Assembly: GCF_000165485.1 (NCBI RefSeq)
Contig: NC_014623.1
Coordinates: 4,914,893-4,978,892 of the forward strand
DNA from: Stigmatella aurantiaca DW4/3-1
GTDB lineage: Bacteria; Myxococcota; Myxococcia; Myxococcales; Myxococcaceae
Reading direction: 5' to 3'
Length of the DNA: 64,000 bases
In this document: positions 8,034 through 16,764 of the stretch, piece after piece
Numbering within the stretch: position 1 is the first letter of the stretch
Layout: every line of letters starts with the position of its first letter
The notes under the pieces: model-generated
Databases searched by the model: none
What the model saw: the letters and a program-made list of their open reading frames with translations, nothing else
Told to the model about the DNA's origin: nothing
Made by a program: the position numbers and the translations under genes

Positions 8034-9935
8034 ATGCATTTTGTCGAGGTCGCCGTCCAGAACGTGCGGGGTTTTTCGGCGCAGGGGCGCTTCGCGCTCA
8101 AGCCAGGCTACCTCGTCCTCAAGCCGCCCACCTCCGATGTGAGCCCGCTGGCGGGACTCGCCCTGGCGCTCTTCTATGCCGACGGACGCGGTGGGGACGC
8201 GAGCTTCTCGGCCTCGAGCGAAAAGCCTGGCAAGGCCGCCTTCACCTTCGTGGGACAGGATGCTCAGACGTACCGGCTCCTGCGCGAGCTGGGAGGCTCC
8301 GGAACACTGCACAGGCAGACCGCGCCGGGACAGCCTCCGGAGCTGGTGAGCCAGGACTCGGCCGAAATTGGCCAGTTTCTCCGGGCGCAGGCGGGGCTGC
8401 CCTCGCGCACCACGCTGGAGCAGGTGTATTGCCTGATGCCTGGGCACCTGCCCTCGCGCAGGCCGCGGCTGAGGACCTCCCGGCCGGATCTGAAGCGGCC
8501 CTCGGTGACGTCGGGCTCCGCCTTGGCCAGCAACCAGGCCGTGACGCCCGCCGAGGACATCCCCGCGGCCGAGGCGAAGGTGCGCGAGCTGGAGAAGGAG
8601 ATGGTGCGCTCGCGGGAGGTGGACGAGCTTCAGTTCAAGCTCGATGGGCTCAACTCGCAGCTCTTCGAGACGGAGCGCAAGCTCAACAGCACCGAGGGGC
8701 TCAAGGTGGCCGTCCGGGACGCGGAGGCTGCCTGGAATGCCGCCCCCACGCCCGAGACCTTGGGGCTGCCGGCGGACATCGCCACGCGCGTGGAGCGTTA
8801 TCCCAAGGCGCGGGCCCGGCGGGACGATGCGCTGAACCGGCTGGCCGCCGAGCGAGAGCAGGAGGCCCAGTCCATTCCCGCCCAGGTGGAGTCCCTGAAG
8901 GAGAACCGGCAGTTCTGGGCAGGGCTGGGCGGCGGGACGCTGCTCCTGGTGCTGGGGATCGTTCTGGGCTCGGTGCTGGACAGCGCCTGGCGGTACCTGG
9001 TGCTGCTGGACATCCCCGCCTTTGGCTGGGCCGCCATGCTGGCCCTGCGCTACGTGGATGATCTGTCGAGGACCACGGACGTGGGGCGCAAGGAGGGCAT
9101 GTTCGCCGCGCGGGAGAAGAAGATCCTCGAGGAGTTCGATGCGGAGTCCGCGCCGGTGCGCAAGGCCCTCAAGGTCCTCGAACTGGAGGACCCCGCCGAT
9201 ATCCCCGGCGTGTTCGAGCGCAAGGGCTTGCTGGAGCAGAAGGTCCAGGAACTGCGCGATCAGCTCTCCGCCATGGAGGCCTCTCCGGAGTTCCTCTCGG
9301 CGAGCGAGCAGCGCGAGGACATCAAGCGCCAGATCGAAGAGGTCAGCGGGCAGATTGGCAAGATCGGCACCTACGTGCGCGACGTGCGCGACGTGGAGCG
9401 GGAGATCTCCCGGACAAAGGAGTCCATCGCGCTGGCGAAGGCGCCACCGGCGGCGGCCTTTGGCCCCGGAGGCGGGCCGGGGTTCCCAGCGGAGCCCTTG
9501 GAGGATCCCTCGCCGGTGCTCATGGCACAGGCAGCGGACCTCTTGTCCACGGACATCCCCACGGTGCAGGGCCAGCTCAAGGACCGTTGCCTCCAGTACC
9601 TCACGGCCCTCACGGACCGGCGTTACCAGAGCATCGAATGGGACAATGACGGCCGGGGGTATGTGTTCTCCCAGGGGCGGCATACGCCCGTGGGCGAGCT
9701 GATGCCCAAGGATCTGGACCTGTACTACCTGGCCCTGCGCTTGACGGTGGTGGAGAAGGCGAGCGCCCGGGTGAAGTACCCATTCCTGCTGGAACACCCC
9801 TTCCTGGGGGTGGAAGAGGTGAAGCTTCAGCTTCTGGGGCGGATGCTCAAGCACCTGGGCACACTGACCCAGGTGGTGCACGTGACGGGGCACCCGGGCT
9901 TCGCCCAGTTGTCAGACTCGACGGTCAATCTCTAG
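8034..9935 (+). CDS. Hypothetical SMC/Rad50-like coiled-coil protein with a central transmembrane hairpin and no canonical Walker A
   Basis: Start 'MHFVEVAVQNVRGFSAQGRFALKPGYLV' resembles an SMC/SbcC N-terminus but no GxxGxGK[ST] is present. Long heptad-rich region. Hydrophobic segments 'GGGTLLLVLGIVLGSVL' and 'YLVLLDIPAFGWAAMLAL'. C-terminus 'YPFLLEHPFLGVEE' is a degenerate Walker-B/D-loop-like segment. Confidence 0.6.
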   Translation: MHFVEVAVQNVRGFSAQGRFALKPGYLVLKPPTSDVSPLAGLALALFYADGRGGDASFSASSEKPGKAAFTFVGQDAQTYRLLRELGGSGTLHRQTAPGQPPELVSQDSAEIGQFLRAQAGLPSRTTLEQVYCLMPGHLPSRRPRLRTSRPDLKRPSVTSGSALASNQAVTPAEDIPAAEAKVRELEKEMVRSREVDELQFKLDGLNSQLFETERKLNSTEGLKVAVRDAEAAWNAAPTPETLGLPADIATRVERYPKARARRDDALNRLAAEREQEAQSIPAQVESLKENRQFWAGLGGGTLLLVLGIVLGSVLDSAWRYLVLLDIPAFGWAAMLALRYVDDLSRTTDVGRKEGMFAAREKKILEEFDAESAPVRKALKVLELEDPADIPGVFERKGLLEQKVQELRDQLSAMEASPEFLSASEQREDIKRQIEEVSGQIGKIGTYVRDVRDVEREISRTKESIALAKAPPAAAFGPGGGPGFPAEPLEDPSPVLMAQAADLLSTDIPTVQGQLKDRCLQYLTALTDRRYQSIEWDNDGRGYVFSQGRHTPVGELMPKDLDLYYLALRLTVVEKASARVKYPFLLEHPFLGVEEVKLQLLGRMLKHLGTLTQVVHVTGHPGFAQLSDSTVNL

Positions 9936-9961
9936 GGGAGGGTGGACGTGGGGAGGGGTGG

Positions 9962-10342
9962 ATGGGGCAGGGGGCCGGGGTGGACAGGCGGGGATATGGA
10001 AACGAAGCCGAGGCGATGGCGGCGCGCTTTCTGGAGCAGCGGGGCTATCGCATCCGTGCACGCAACTTCCGGTGCCGCTACGGGGAGCTGGACGTGGTGG
10101 CCGAGCACGGTGAGACGGTCTGCTTCGTGGAGGTGCGGATGCGCTCGTCGGCGGTCTGGGGAGACCCCTCGCACACCGTCTCCGTTGCCAAACAGCGCCG
10201 CGTGGTGAAGGCCGCGCTGCACTATCTCTTCGCGCACGAGCTGCGAGACCGGATGATGCGCTTCGATGTCATCTCGGTGGTAGGTCACGGCGAGCAGGCG
10301 CATGTGGAGCACCTGCCAGACGCTTTCGATGCGGGGATGTGA
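9962..10342 (+). CDS. yraN: YraN-family (UPF0102) endonuclease-like protein
   Basis: 'EAEAMAARFLEQRGYRIRARNFRCRYGELDVVAEHGETVCFVEVRMRSS' matches the YraN/UPF0102 pattern. Confidence 0.8.
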   Translation: MGQGAGVDRRGYGNEAEAMAARFLEQRGYRIRARNFRCRYGELDVVAEHGETVCFVEVRMRSSAVWGDPSHTVSVAKQRRVVKAALHYLFAHELRDRMMRFDVISVVGHGEQAHVEHLPDAFDAGM

Positions 10343-10347
10343 GACCG

Positions 10348-11175
10348 ATGCCTGGGACGCTCTACCTTGTTGCCACCCCCATCGGGAACCTGGGGGACAT
10401 CACCTCCCGGGCCCTGGAGATCCTCAAGAAGGTGGCTTTCGTCGCGTGCGAGGACACGCGCCACTCCCGGATTCTGCTGGAGCACTTCGGCCTGGCGCCC
10501 GAGACGGTGAGCCTGCCCGCCTTCGCGGAGGGCCAGCGCGCGGGCCGCCTCCTGGACCGAATGGAGGCCGGGGAGGACTGTGCCCTCATCACCGACGCGG
10601 GCAGCCCGGGCATCAGCGATCCCGGGGAGAAGCTGGTGACGGAGGCCTTGGAGCGCGGCATCCCGGTGGTGCCCGTGCCGGGGCCCGCGGCCCTCATCGC
10701 CGCCCTGAGCGCCTCGGGACTGCCCACGGGCCGCTTCCACTTCCTGGGCTTCCTGCCGCGCAAGGGCCCCGAGCGCCGCACCATGCTGGAGGAGGTGGCT
10801 TTGTTGTCCGCCACGCTCGTGCTCTACGAGTCCCCGCGCCGGCTGGGCGAGACGCTGGCGGATCTGCTGGAGGCGTGGGGCGACCGGCGGGCGTGCGTGG
10901 CCCGGGAGCTGACCAAGATGCACGAGGAGTTCGTGCGGGGGCCCCTGTCCGCGCTGGCCTCCCGCTACGGGGCGGAGGAGCCTCGGGGCGAGGTGGTGGT
11001 GCTGGTGGAGGGCCGCACCGGCGAGCGCCGCTGGTCCGAGGAGGAACTGCGGCGGGCGCTGGAGGAGGGGCTGGAGCGCGGGGAGAAGCTCAAGGCGCTG
11101 AGCACCGAGCTGGCCCGCCGCGCGGGCTGGTCTGGCCAGGACGTCTACCGCCTGGGGCTGAGCCTCAAACGGTGA
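10348..11175 (+). CDS. rsmI: 16S rRNA (cytidine1402-2'-O)-methyltransferase RsmI
   Basis: 'MPGTLYLVATPIGNLGDITSRALEILKKVAFVACEDTRHSRILL' is the canonical RsmI N-terminus. ATG taken at 10348; the ORF's GTG at 10339 is an alternative. Confidence 0.9.
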   Translation: MPGTLYLVATPIGNLGDITSRALEILKKVAFVACEDTRHSRILLEHFGLAPETVSLPAFAEGQRAGRLLDRMEAGEDCALITDAGSPGISDPGEKLVTEALERGIPVVPVPGPAALIAALSASGLPTGRFHFLGFLPRKGPERRTMLEEVALLSATLVLYESPRRLGETLADLLEAWGDRRACVARELTKMHEEFVRGPLSALASRYGAEEPRGEVVVLVEGRTGERRWSEEELRRALEEGLERGEKLKALSTELARRAGWSGQDVYRLGLSLKR

Positions 11176-11194
11176 GGCCCCAGCGGTCGAGGGC

Positions 11195-12469
11195 TCAGAA
11201 CGAGAAGGTCGCCGACAGCTCCAGGCGGAACGTCTTGCTCTCGGTGGCGCGGAAGCGCCGGGACGTCAGGTCCGTGCGGTAGTCGAAGGTGGGGTTGAGC
11301 TCCGCGGGATTGTCCGAGATGTCGATCGTGCCATTGCCGTCGAGGTCCTTGCCGATGTCCTCGTCGGTGAGCGTGTGGTCCGTGTTGTAGAGGAACGTGC
11401 CCGAGGCGCGCAGCCGGAAGGCCTCGCCGGCGCTCGCCGTGGCCCCGATCATGCCACCCACCTGGAAGTAATCCTGGGTGGCCAGCAGCTTGCGCAGGGC
11501 GGAGCTCAGCTCGTTGTAGTACCGGCCCCGGGAGACGTAGTTCCCGAGGGTGCGCAGGTCGAGCGCGAACTGCTGGTTCTTGTTCTTGCTGTTGAAGGCG
11601 GTGATCTCCGTGCCGAACACGAAGCCCGTCGTGCTGGGCGCCTGGATGCCCGTCTCCTTGCGGTTCCAGGGCCCCTGGCCGCAGTTGCCAGGGCGGCCCA
11701 GGGTGGGCGGATTGTTGTCGCTGTTGAAGCAGTTCGAGTAGATGCCCGGCCCGGTCACGGGGATGGTGTGGTGGGCCTTGAAGTAGGGCTCCGCGACGCC
11801 GAGCTTCCGCGAGAACGAGGTGTAGAGGGTGTACTTGTGGACGCGATCCCCCACGTTGCCCCGCTCGTCGGTGGCCTCCGTGTTGTCCTGGCTGGGGTCT
11901 CTCACCTTGGCCGTGGGCGCTTCGTAGTCGATGCCGAGGATCCACGTCGGCTTCGTGCTGTCATCCGCCTGGTTGAAGAAGGCGTAGGCCAGTCCGAAAC
12001 GCATGTTGCCCAGGCCGCCGCGCTTGCTGGTGGACGGGACGGTGAAGAGGGCTTGTTCCCCACCCCCCGGGATGAGCGAGCCATCCGGGTTGAGGCGGTT
12101 GTGGACGATGGTGGAGTTGGCGTCCGTGGTGCCGGACACGTAGCCGTAGCTGTCGTTCTGCTGAAGGATGAGGGGCAGTCCAAAGGACAGCTCCAGATCC
12201 TTGTAGATGCCGATGGACAGATCGATGTTCAGCCGCGAGTCGACACCCTTGTACCAGAGCTCCGTGGCGTCGATGCGTCCGTCGGTGCCCGTGAGCTGCT
12301 CGCGGGTGATCTTCGAGCGGTTCTGGGTGCGCTCGAAGCCGACGTCGATGAACAAATCGAACGGATCGTTCTCCTCGAAAGACGAGGCGATGCGGGTGAT
12401 GTCCGCCGCGCTGGCGGCCAAAGGGGCGCCCAGCGTCAGCGCGGCGAGAACGGCGCGAAGCCTGTACAT
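11195..12469 (-). CDS. Outer-membrane beta-barrel protein (porin-like), unknown family
   Basis: Signal peptide 'MYRLRAVLAALTLGAPLAASA'. Alternating beta-strand-like pattern. C-terminal '...ELSATFSF' aromatic terminus typical of OMPs. Confidence 0.7.
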   Translation of the reverse strand: MYRLRAVLAALTLGAPLAASAADITRIASSFEENDPFDLFIDVGFERTQNRSKITREQLTGTDGRIDATELWYKGVDSRLNIDLSIGIYKDLELSFGLPLILQQNDSYGYVSGTTDANSTIVHNRLNPDGSLIPGGGEQALFTVPSTSKRGGLGNMRFGLAYAFFNQADDSTKPTWILGIDYEAPTAKVRDPSQDNTEATDERGNVGDRVHKYTLYTSFSRKLGVAEPYFKAHHTIPVTGPGIYSNCFNSDNNPPTLGRPGNCGQGPWNRKETGIQAPSTTGFVFGTEITAFNSKNKNQQFALDLRTLGNYVSRGRYYNELSSALRKLLATQDYFQVGGMIGATASAGEAFRLRASGTFLYNTDHTLTDEDIGKDLDGNGTIDISDNPAELNPTFDYRTDLTSRRFRATESKTFRLELSATFSF

Positions 12470-12625
12470 CCGACCTCCGAAGAGCTTCTGACGCTCCCAG
12501 GGCCCGCGGATGCTGGCAGCTGGCCACTGGCCTGCTGCTGACGGTGGCCTAACCCCTGAGAACTCTTGAGAAATTGTCGGCGACGCTAGCCGTCATGCCC
12601 AGGGGTGTCAAGAAATGGGTGCTCC

Positions 12626-13666
12626 TCAGTTCGCGGCCCCGGCCACGGAGGGATTCAGCAGCGAGTCCATCCGGCGGATCTCCGCCTCCAGCGCCCCCCG
12701 CTGCTCCGCGGGCAGCGAGCGCCGGAAGGTGCGGTGGCTGTCGAAGGGATCGATCACGCGGTCATCCTGCGTCATGAGCTGGTAGTGCAGGTGGGGGGCG
12801 AAGGAGCGGCCACTGTTGCCGCTGGCGGCGATCACCTGGCCCGCGGAGAACCGGGTGCCCGGGCTGAGGCCCCGCGACAGCTCGGAGAGGTGGAGGAACA
12901 GGGCGCGGCGCCGCTTGCCGCCGAGCTCCTCCAGCTCCACGCAGTTGCCGTTGGAGCCAAAGTTCCAGTTCTTGCGCTTGACGACCCCCGCGAAGGGGGC
13001 CTTCACCGGCGTGCCCACGGGGGCCTTGAAGTCCACGCCCTTGTGGCGGCGGCCATCGCGGAGCAGGGAGGTGATCTGCTCGTAGTCGTCCAGCGGCGAG
13101 TGCTCCAGCCGCATCTCCATCTCTTCGCCCGAGTTCAGGTAGTAGCGCGGGTTGCGCTCCCCCTGGGCCTGAAAGCGGTACGCCCGGTGCGTCTGGCCCG
13201 TCTTGTTGCTGACGAAGCGCACGGCGTGCACGAGCGGCTCCTCGCCGGGGCGCGTCTGGTACAGCACATCCAGCGTGTCACCCCGGAGGATCTCGTTGGG
13301 CACCTGCACCCACCAGACGAGGCTGCGCGTCACCACCTGGGCCAGCGCGGGGCCCACGGCGGGGTCCGTGGCCTGGACGAGCGCGGTCTCCAGGGGGCCT
13401 TCAATCTTCACCGAGGCCCGCAGGAGCCCCGCGGCGGCCAGCGGATCGGCGGGCACCACGGGACCGGTGGGGGCTGTGACGGCGGGAGGGGCGGCGGCCA
13501 TGGGCAGGGTGGTGCCCCGGGGTGCTTCCGGCACGGGGGACGCAGGGCGTTGTTTCCACCACCACACTCCGCCCGCCGCGGCACCGAGAATCATGGAAAC
13601 GGTGACCACCGGGCCCAGGCGGTTTCGCCTGGGGGGGGCTCCGAGAGTGGGAAGAGACGGCCGCAT
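12626..13666 (-). CDS. M23-family (LytM-like) metallopeptidase
   Basis: 'GVDFKAPVGTPVKAPFAGVV...GNCVELEE...SGNSGRSFAPHLHYQLM' shows M23 HxxxD / HxH motifs. N-terminal membrane anchor. Confidence 0.85.
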   Translation of the reverse strand: MRPSLPTLGAPPRRNRLGPVVTVSMILGAAAGGVWWWKQRPASPVPEAPRGTTLPMAAAPPAVTAPTGPVVPADPLAAAGLLRASVKIEGPLETALVQATDPAVGPALAQVVTRSLVWWVQVPNEILRGDTLDVLYQTRPGEEPLVHAVRFVSNKTGQTHRAYRFQAQGERNPRYYLNSGEEMEMRLEHSPLDDYEQITSLLRDGRRHKGVDFKAPVGTPVKAPFAGVVKRKNWNFGSNGNCVELEELGGKRRRALFLHLSELSRGLSPGTRFSAGQVIAASGNSGRSFAPHLHYQLMTQDDRVIDPFDSHRTFRRSLPAEQRGALEAEIRRMDSLLNPSVAGAAN

Positions 13667-13735
13667 GCAGGCTCCCTGTATCGAGCAGTTCCGCCGGGCC
13701 GAAACCGTTGCCCGCGCGGCGATATTTCGGCCAGG

Positions 13736-15172
13736 CTATTCGTCTGGACCTTCGTCCTTGCTGGCCCCCTCGTCCTTGCCCTCCGGGGCCGAGTCCCGGA
13801 GGCCAAACTCCTTCATCTTCGTTTGAAGCGACTTGCGGCTGATCTGCAGCAGCTTGGCCGCGCGGGTGACATTGCCCCCGGTCTCCTCGAGGGCCTTGGT
13901 AATCAGGTCCTTTTCGAGCTCCGCGGCCTTCATGCGGATGATGTCCTTGAGCCCGGTCTCCCCAGTATGCGCTTCCACCGCTGGCGGGCCAGCAGGCGAG
14001 AGGGCAGGGGAGGTGTCGCCTTGGCGAATGGGCTCCGGCAGATCCTTGACGGTGATGAGGGGACCGTCCGCGAAGAGCAGGACGCGCTCGATGAGGTTCT
14101 CCAACTCGCGGATGTTGCCCGGCCAGGCATAGGCCTGGAGCAGGGCCAAGGCATCGTCGGTGATGCCCTCGATGCGCTTGTTGAGCCGGCGGTTGTACTT
14201 GTCCACGAAGTACCGCACGAGCATGGGGATGTCGCTGCGGCGCTCCCGGAGCGCGGGCAGGACGATGGGCACCACCGCGAGCCGGTAGTACAGGTCCTTG
14301 CGGAAGCGCCCGCCTTCGATCTCCGCCTGGAGGTCCTGGTTGGTGGCGGCGATGAGGCGCACGTCCACGCGCGTCGTCTTGATGCCGCCCACCCGCTCGA
14401 ACTCCCCCTCCTGGAGGGCGCGCAGCAGCTTCACCTGCATCTCGACGGGGATCTCGCCGATCTCGTCCAGGAAGAGGCTGCCGCCATCGGCCAGCTCGAA
14501 GCGGCCGGGCTTGGAGGTGACCGCGCCGGTGAAGGCGCCCCGCTCGTAGCCGAACAGCTCGGACTCGATGAGGTTGTGCGGGATGGCCGCGCAGTTGATC
14601 TTGATGAAGGGCTTGTCCCGGCGGCTGGAGGCGCCGTGCAGGGCGGTGGCGATGAGCTCCTTGCCCGTGCCGCTCTCGCCGGTGATGAGCACCGTGGAGG
14701 GGGTGTCCGCCACCTTGTCGATGATCTTGTAGACGTCCTGGATGAGCGGGGACTCGCCGATGATGGCGGTGCGGGCCTTGATGTCCGGACGCACCGAGCG
14801 CCGGGCGCTCTCGTGGGCCTTGGAGGCCTTGGCGATGACGGCGGACAGCTCCGACTGCTCGAAGGGCTTGGTGATGTAGTCGAACGCGCCGGCCTTGATG
14901 GCCTCCACGGCGGAGTCCACCGTGCCATGGGCGGTGATGATGATGACGGGCACGTCCGGGTTGGCGGCGTTGACGCTGCGCAGGACCTCCATGCCGCCCA
15001 CCTTGGGCATCACCAGATCCGTCACCACGATGTCGGCGCCGTTCTTGTGGAACTCGGCGAGCCCTTGCTCGCCGTTCTCGGCGACGGTGACGTCGTAGCC
15101 TTCCCGCCGCAGCATGGCGGCGAGGACCTTGCGGAGATTCGCCTCGTCGTCGAGGACCAGGACCTTGGTCAT
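13736..15172 (-). CDS. Sigma-54-dependent Fis-family response regulator (NtrC-like activator)
   Basis: REC domain '[17 protein letters not shown]...DLVMP'. AAA+ sigma54-interaction domain with 'GESGTGKE' and GAFTGA motif. C-terminal Fis-type HTH '[16 protein letters not shown]'. Confidence 0.9.
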   Translation of the reverse strand: MTKVLVLDDEANLRKVLAAMLRREGYDVTVAENGEQGLAEFHKNGADIVVTDLVMPKVGGMEVLRSVNAANPDVPVIIITAHGTVDSAVEAIKAGAFDYITKPFEQSELSAVIAKASKAHESARRSVRPDIKARTAIIGESPLIQDVYKIIDKVADTPSTVLITGESGTGKELIATALHGASSRRDKPFIKINCAAIPHNLIESELFGYERGAFTGAVTSKPGRFELADGGSLFLDEIGEIPVEMQVKLLRALQEGEFERVGGIKTTRVDVRLIAATNQDLQAEIEGGRFRKDLYYRLAVVPIVLPALRERRSDIPMLVRYFVDKYNRRLNKRIEGITDDALALLQAYAWPGNIRELENLIERVLLFADGPLITVKDLPEPIRQGDTSPALSPAGPPAVEAHTGETGLKDIIRMKAAELEKDLITKALEETGGNVTRAAKLLQISRKSLQTKMKEFGLRDSAPEGKDEGASKDEGPDE

Positions 15173-15193
15173 GCGGTAGGGGACGCGCCCGGG

Positions 15194-16057
15194 TTACTTG
15201 TTGACCACAAGGGGAGGGGCTTCGAGCGTACAGATGGAGTCGGGGTGCTTGATGCGCAGGATGAGCGCCTCCAGCACCCGGAAGGGGTGATTCATGCGCG
15301 AGGCGCCCAGGTAGGCGGTGACCATGTCCATGGCCACGGTCAGGTCCATGTTCTCGCGGCCCGTGGACACCACCACGCCGGAGTCTCCCCGGAGGCGGTT
15401 GGACTGGAACACGCCATCCGAGGCGAGCTGGCGGATGGTTTCGATCTCCAGCACACCTGTCTTCTCGAAGATGCGGTGGAGCAGCGAGTACAGCCGGGGC
15501 GAGAGCACCACGGCGTAGGGGCCGTAATGGCCGTGCTCGTTGAGCTTCCGGGTGGCCTCGACGATGGCCACGTAGCCGGCACCCGGTGTGGCCCAGTCGC
15601 CCAGGGGGACCGTGAGGCGGTCGGTGGCCGTCATCAACCCCTCGTGGCCGAGCTTGGGGTCTCCGTAGAAGATGAGCTCGTCCTCCTGCTGCGCGCAGAG
15701 GGCGGCGGCGCCGGCGGCGGCGGACACGTCCAGCGGCATGTTGTGGATGCGGGCCGCCTCGATGTCGCGCCAGTGCAGCAGGAAGTCCTTGTAGATGATG
15801 GGGATGGTCTTGAACTTGCGCACGTCGGTGAAGACCGTGGCGGTCTCCTGCTCGCCGACGATGTCGATGGCCCCCGAGGACACCCCCTGGTACTCGTCGT
15901 GGGGCACCGATTGGACGCCCGCGCCCAGCGGCCCATAGATGTCGAGGATGCGGCGGCCGACGAGCGAGCGGCGTGCCACCTGGATGACGGTCTCGTTCAG
16001 TCGGGCCCACTCCTCTTCACGGAGGGGGTTCTCGGCATGTCCCAGAAAGTCAGGCAT
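15194..16057 (-). CDS. encA: Family-1 encapsulin nanocompartment shell protein
   Basis: 287 aa 'MPDFLGHAENPLREEEWARLNETVIQVARRSLVGRRILDIYGPLGAG...' is an HK97-fold linocin-M18-like encapsulin. N-terminus matches my recollection of M. xanthus EncA. Confidence 0.9.
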   Translation of the reverse strand: MPDFLGHAENPLREEEWARLNETVIQVARRSLVGRRILDIYGPLGAGVQSVPHDEYQGVSSGAIDIVGEQETATVFTDVRKFKTIPIIYKDFLLHWRDIEAARIHNMPLDVSAAAGAAALCAQQEDELIFYGDPKLGHEGLMTATDRLTVPLGDWATPGAGYVAIVEATRKLNEHGHYGPYAVVLSPRLYSLLHRIFEKTGVLEIETIRQLASDGVFQSNRLRGDSGVVVSTGRENMDLTVAMDMVTAYLGASRMNHPFRVLEALILRIKHPDSICTLEAPPLVVNK

Positions 16058-16096
16058 TGGAGGTCTCGTTGGGCGAAAGGTGGAGCGCAGCCGGCA

Positions 16097-16570
16097 TCAC
16101 GGCGCGTTTCCGCTGCCCCCCCGGCGCCGGAGCGACCCCACGGTGAGCGGGGCAGCGTTCGTCGAGGGAGGAGCGGGCACGCCATAGACGACGCGTTGGG
16201 GGGGCAGGTGGGAAATCGGTTCGATGACAGGGGGCGCCCGGGTCTGCTCCGGGCCCGCGGGGGCCGGAGACGGACTGGCGGGAGCCGGAGGCGCAGGGGG
16301 GGCGCTCAGGACCTTCTGGAAGTGGCCGGGAGCGATGGGCTGAGCGAAGTGCCCATCCTGTGCGCTGTCCAACATGCGCAGCATCTGGGTGGCCTCGGCG
16401 ACGTGTTCTTTCTCCTCGGCGGCCAGGTGCAGAAAGAAGGCGCGGACTTCCGGGTGCGAGGAGATCTGCGCGAAGGCCTCGTATTCGTTGATGGTCTCCA
16501 GTTCACGTGCGAGCACACGGCGAATCCGCGCCACATCGTTCAGGAGTTCCGTGTCGGAAGAACCGGCCAT
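16097..16570 (-). CDS. encB: Ferritin-like/rubrerythrin-like encapsulin cargo protein with C-terminal targeting peptide
   Basis: 'ELLNDVARIRRVLARELETINEYEAFAQ...FFLHLAAEEKEHVAE' is ferritin-like helix chemistry. Pro/Ala-rich linker, then C-terminal 'PLTVGSLRRR'-type cargo-loading peptide. Start at internal ATG (MAGSSDTELL). Confidence 0.8.
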   Translation of the reverse strand: MAGSSDTELLNDVARIRRVLARELETINEYEAFAQISSHPEVRAFFLHLAAEEKEHVAEATQMLRMLDSAQDGHFAQPIAPGHFQKVLSAPPAPPAPASPSPAPAGPEQTRAPPVIEPISHLPPQRVVYGVPAPPSTNAAPLTVGSLRRRGGSGNAP

Positions 16571-16764
16571 CGCGCAGGGACCATTGCGGCCCGCTGGGTC
16601 GACCGTCAAGGAAAACAGTGGCCCTCTGCCTTCCTGCTTCAGGGTGGTGAACGTCCCGCGTAGAGTCCCGCGCCCGCTTGAATGCTCCTGCCTCTCAATC
16701 TCAGTCAGCCTCCGCGCCTTCTGCTTCCGTCAAACCCTCGGGAGCGGGCGGTGGCCGCGGGGCC

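Noticed and set aside
8019-9893. 624-aa minus-strand ORF (and 8024..9061 plus)
   Set aside because: Overlap the coiled-coil protein gene in alternative or antisense frames; low-complexity R/G/P-rich.
12605-16663. 1352-aa plus-strand ORF
   Set aside because: Antisense to the M23 peptidase, sigma-54 activator, encA and encB genes. Gly/Arg/Ala-rich composition typical of high-GC antisense frames.
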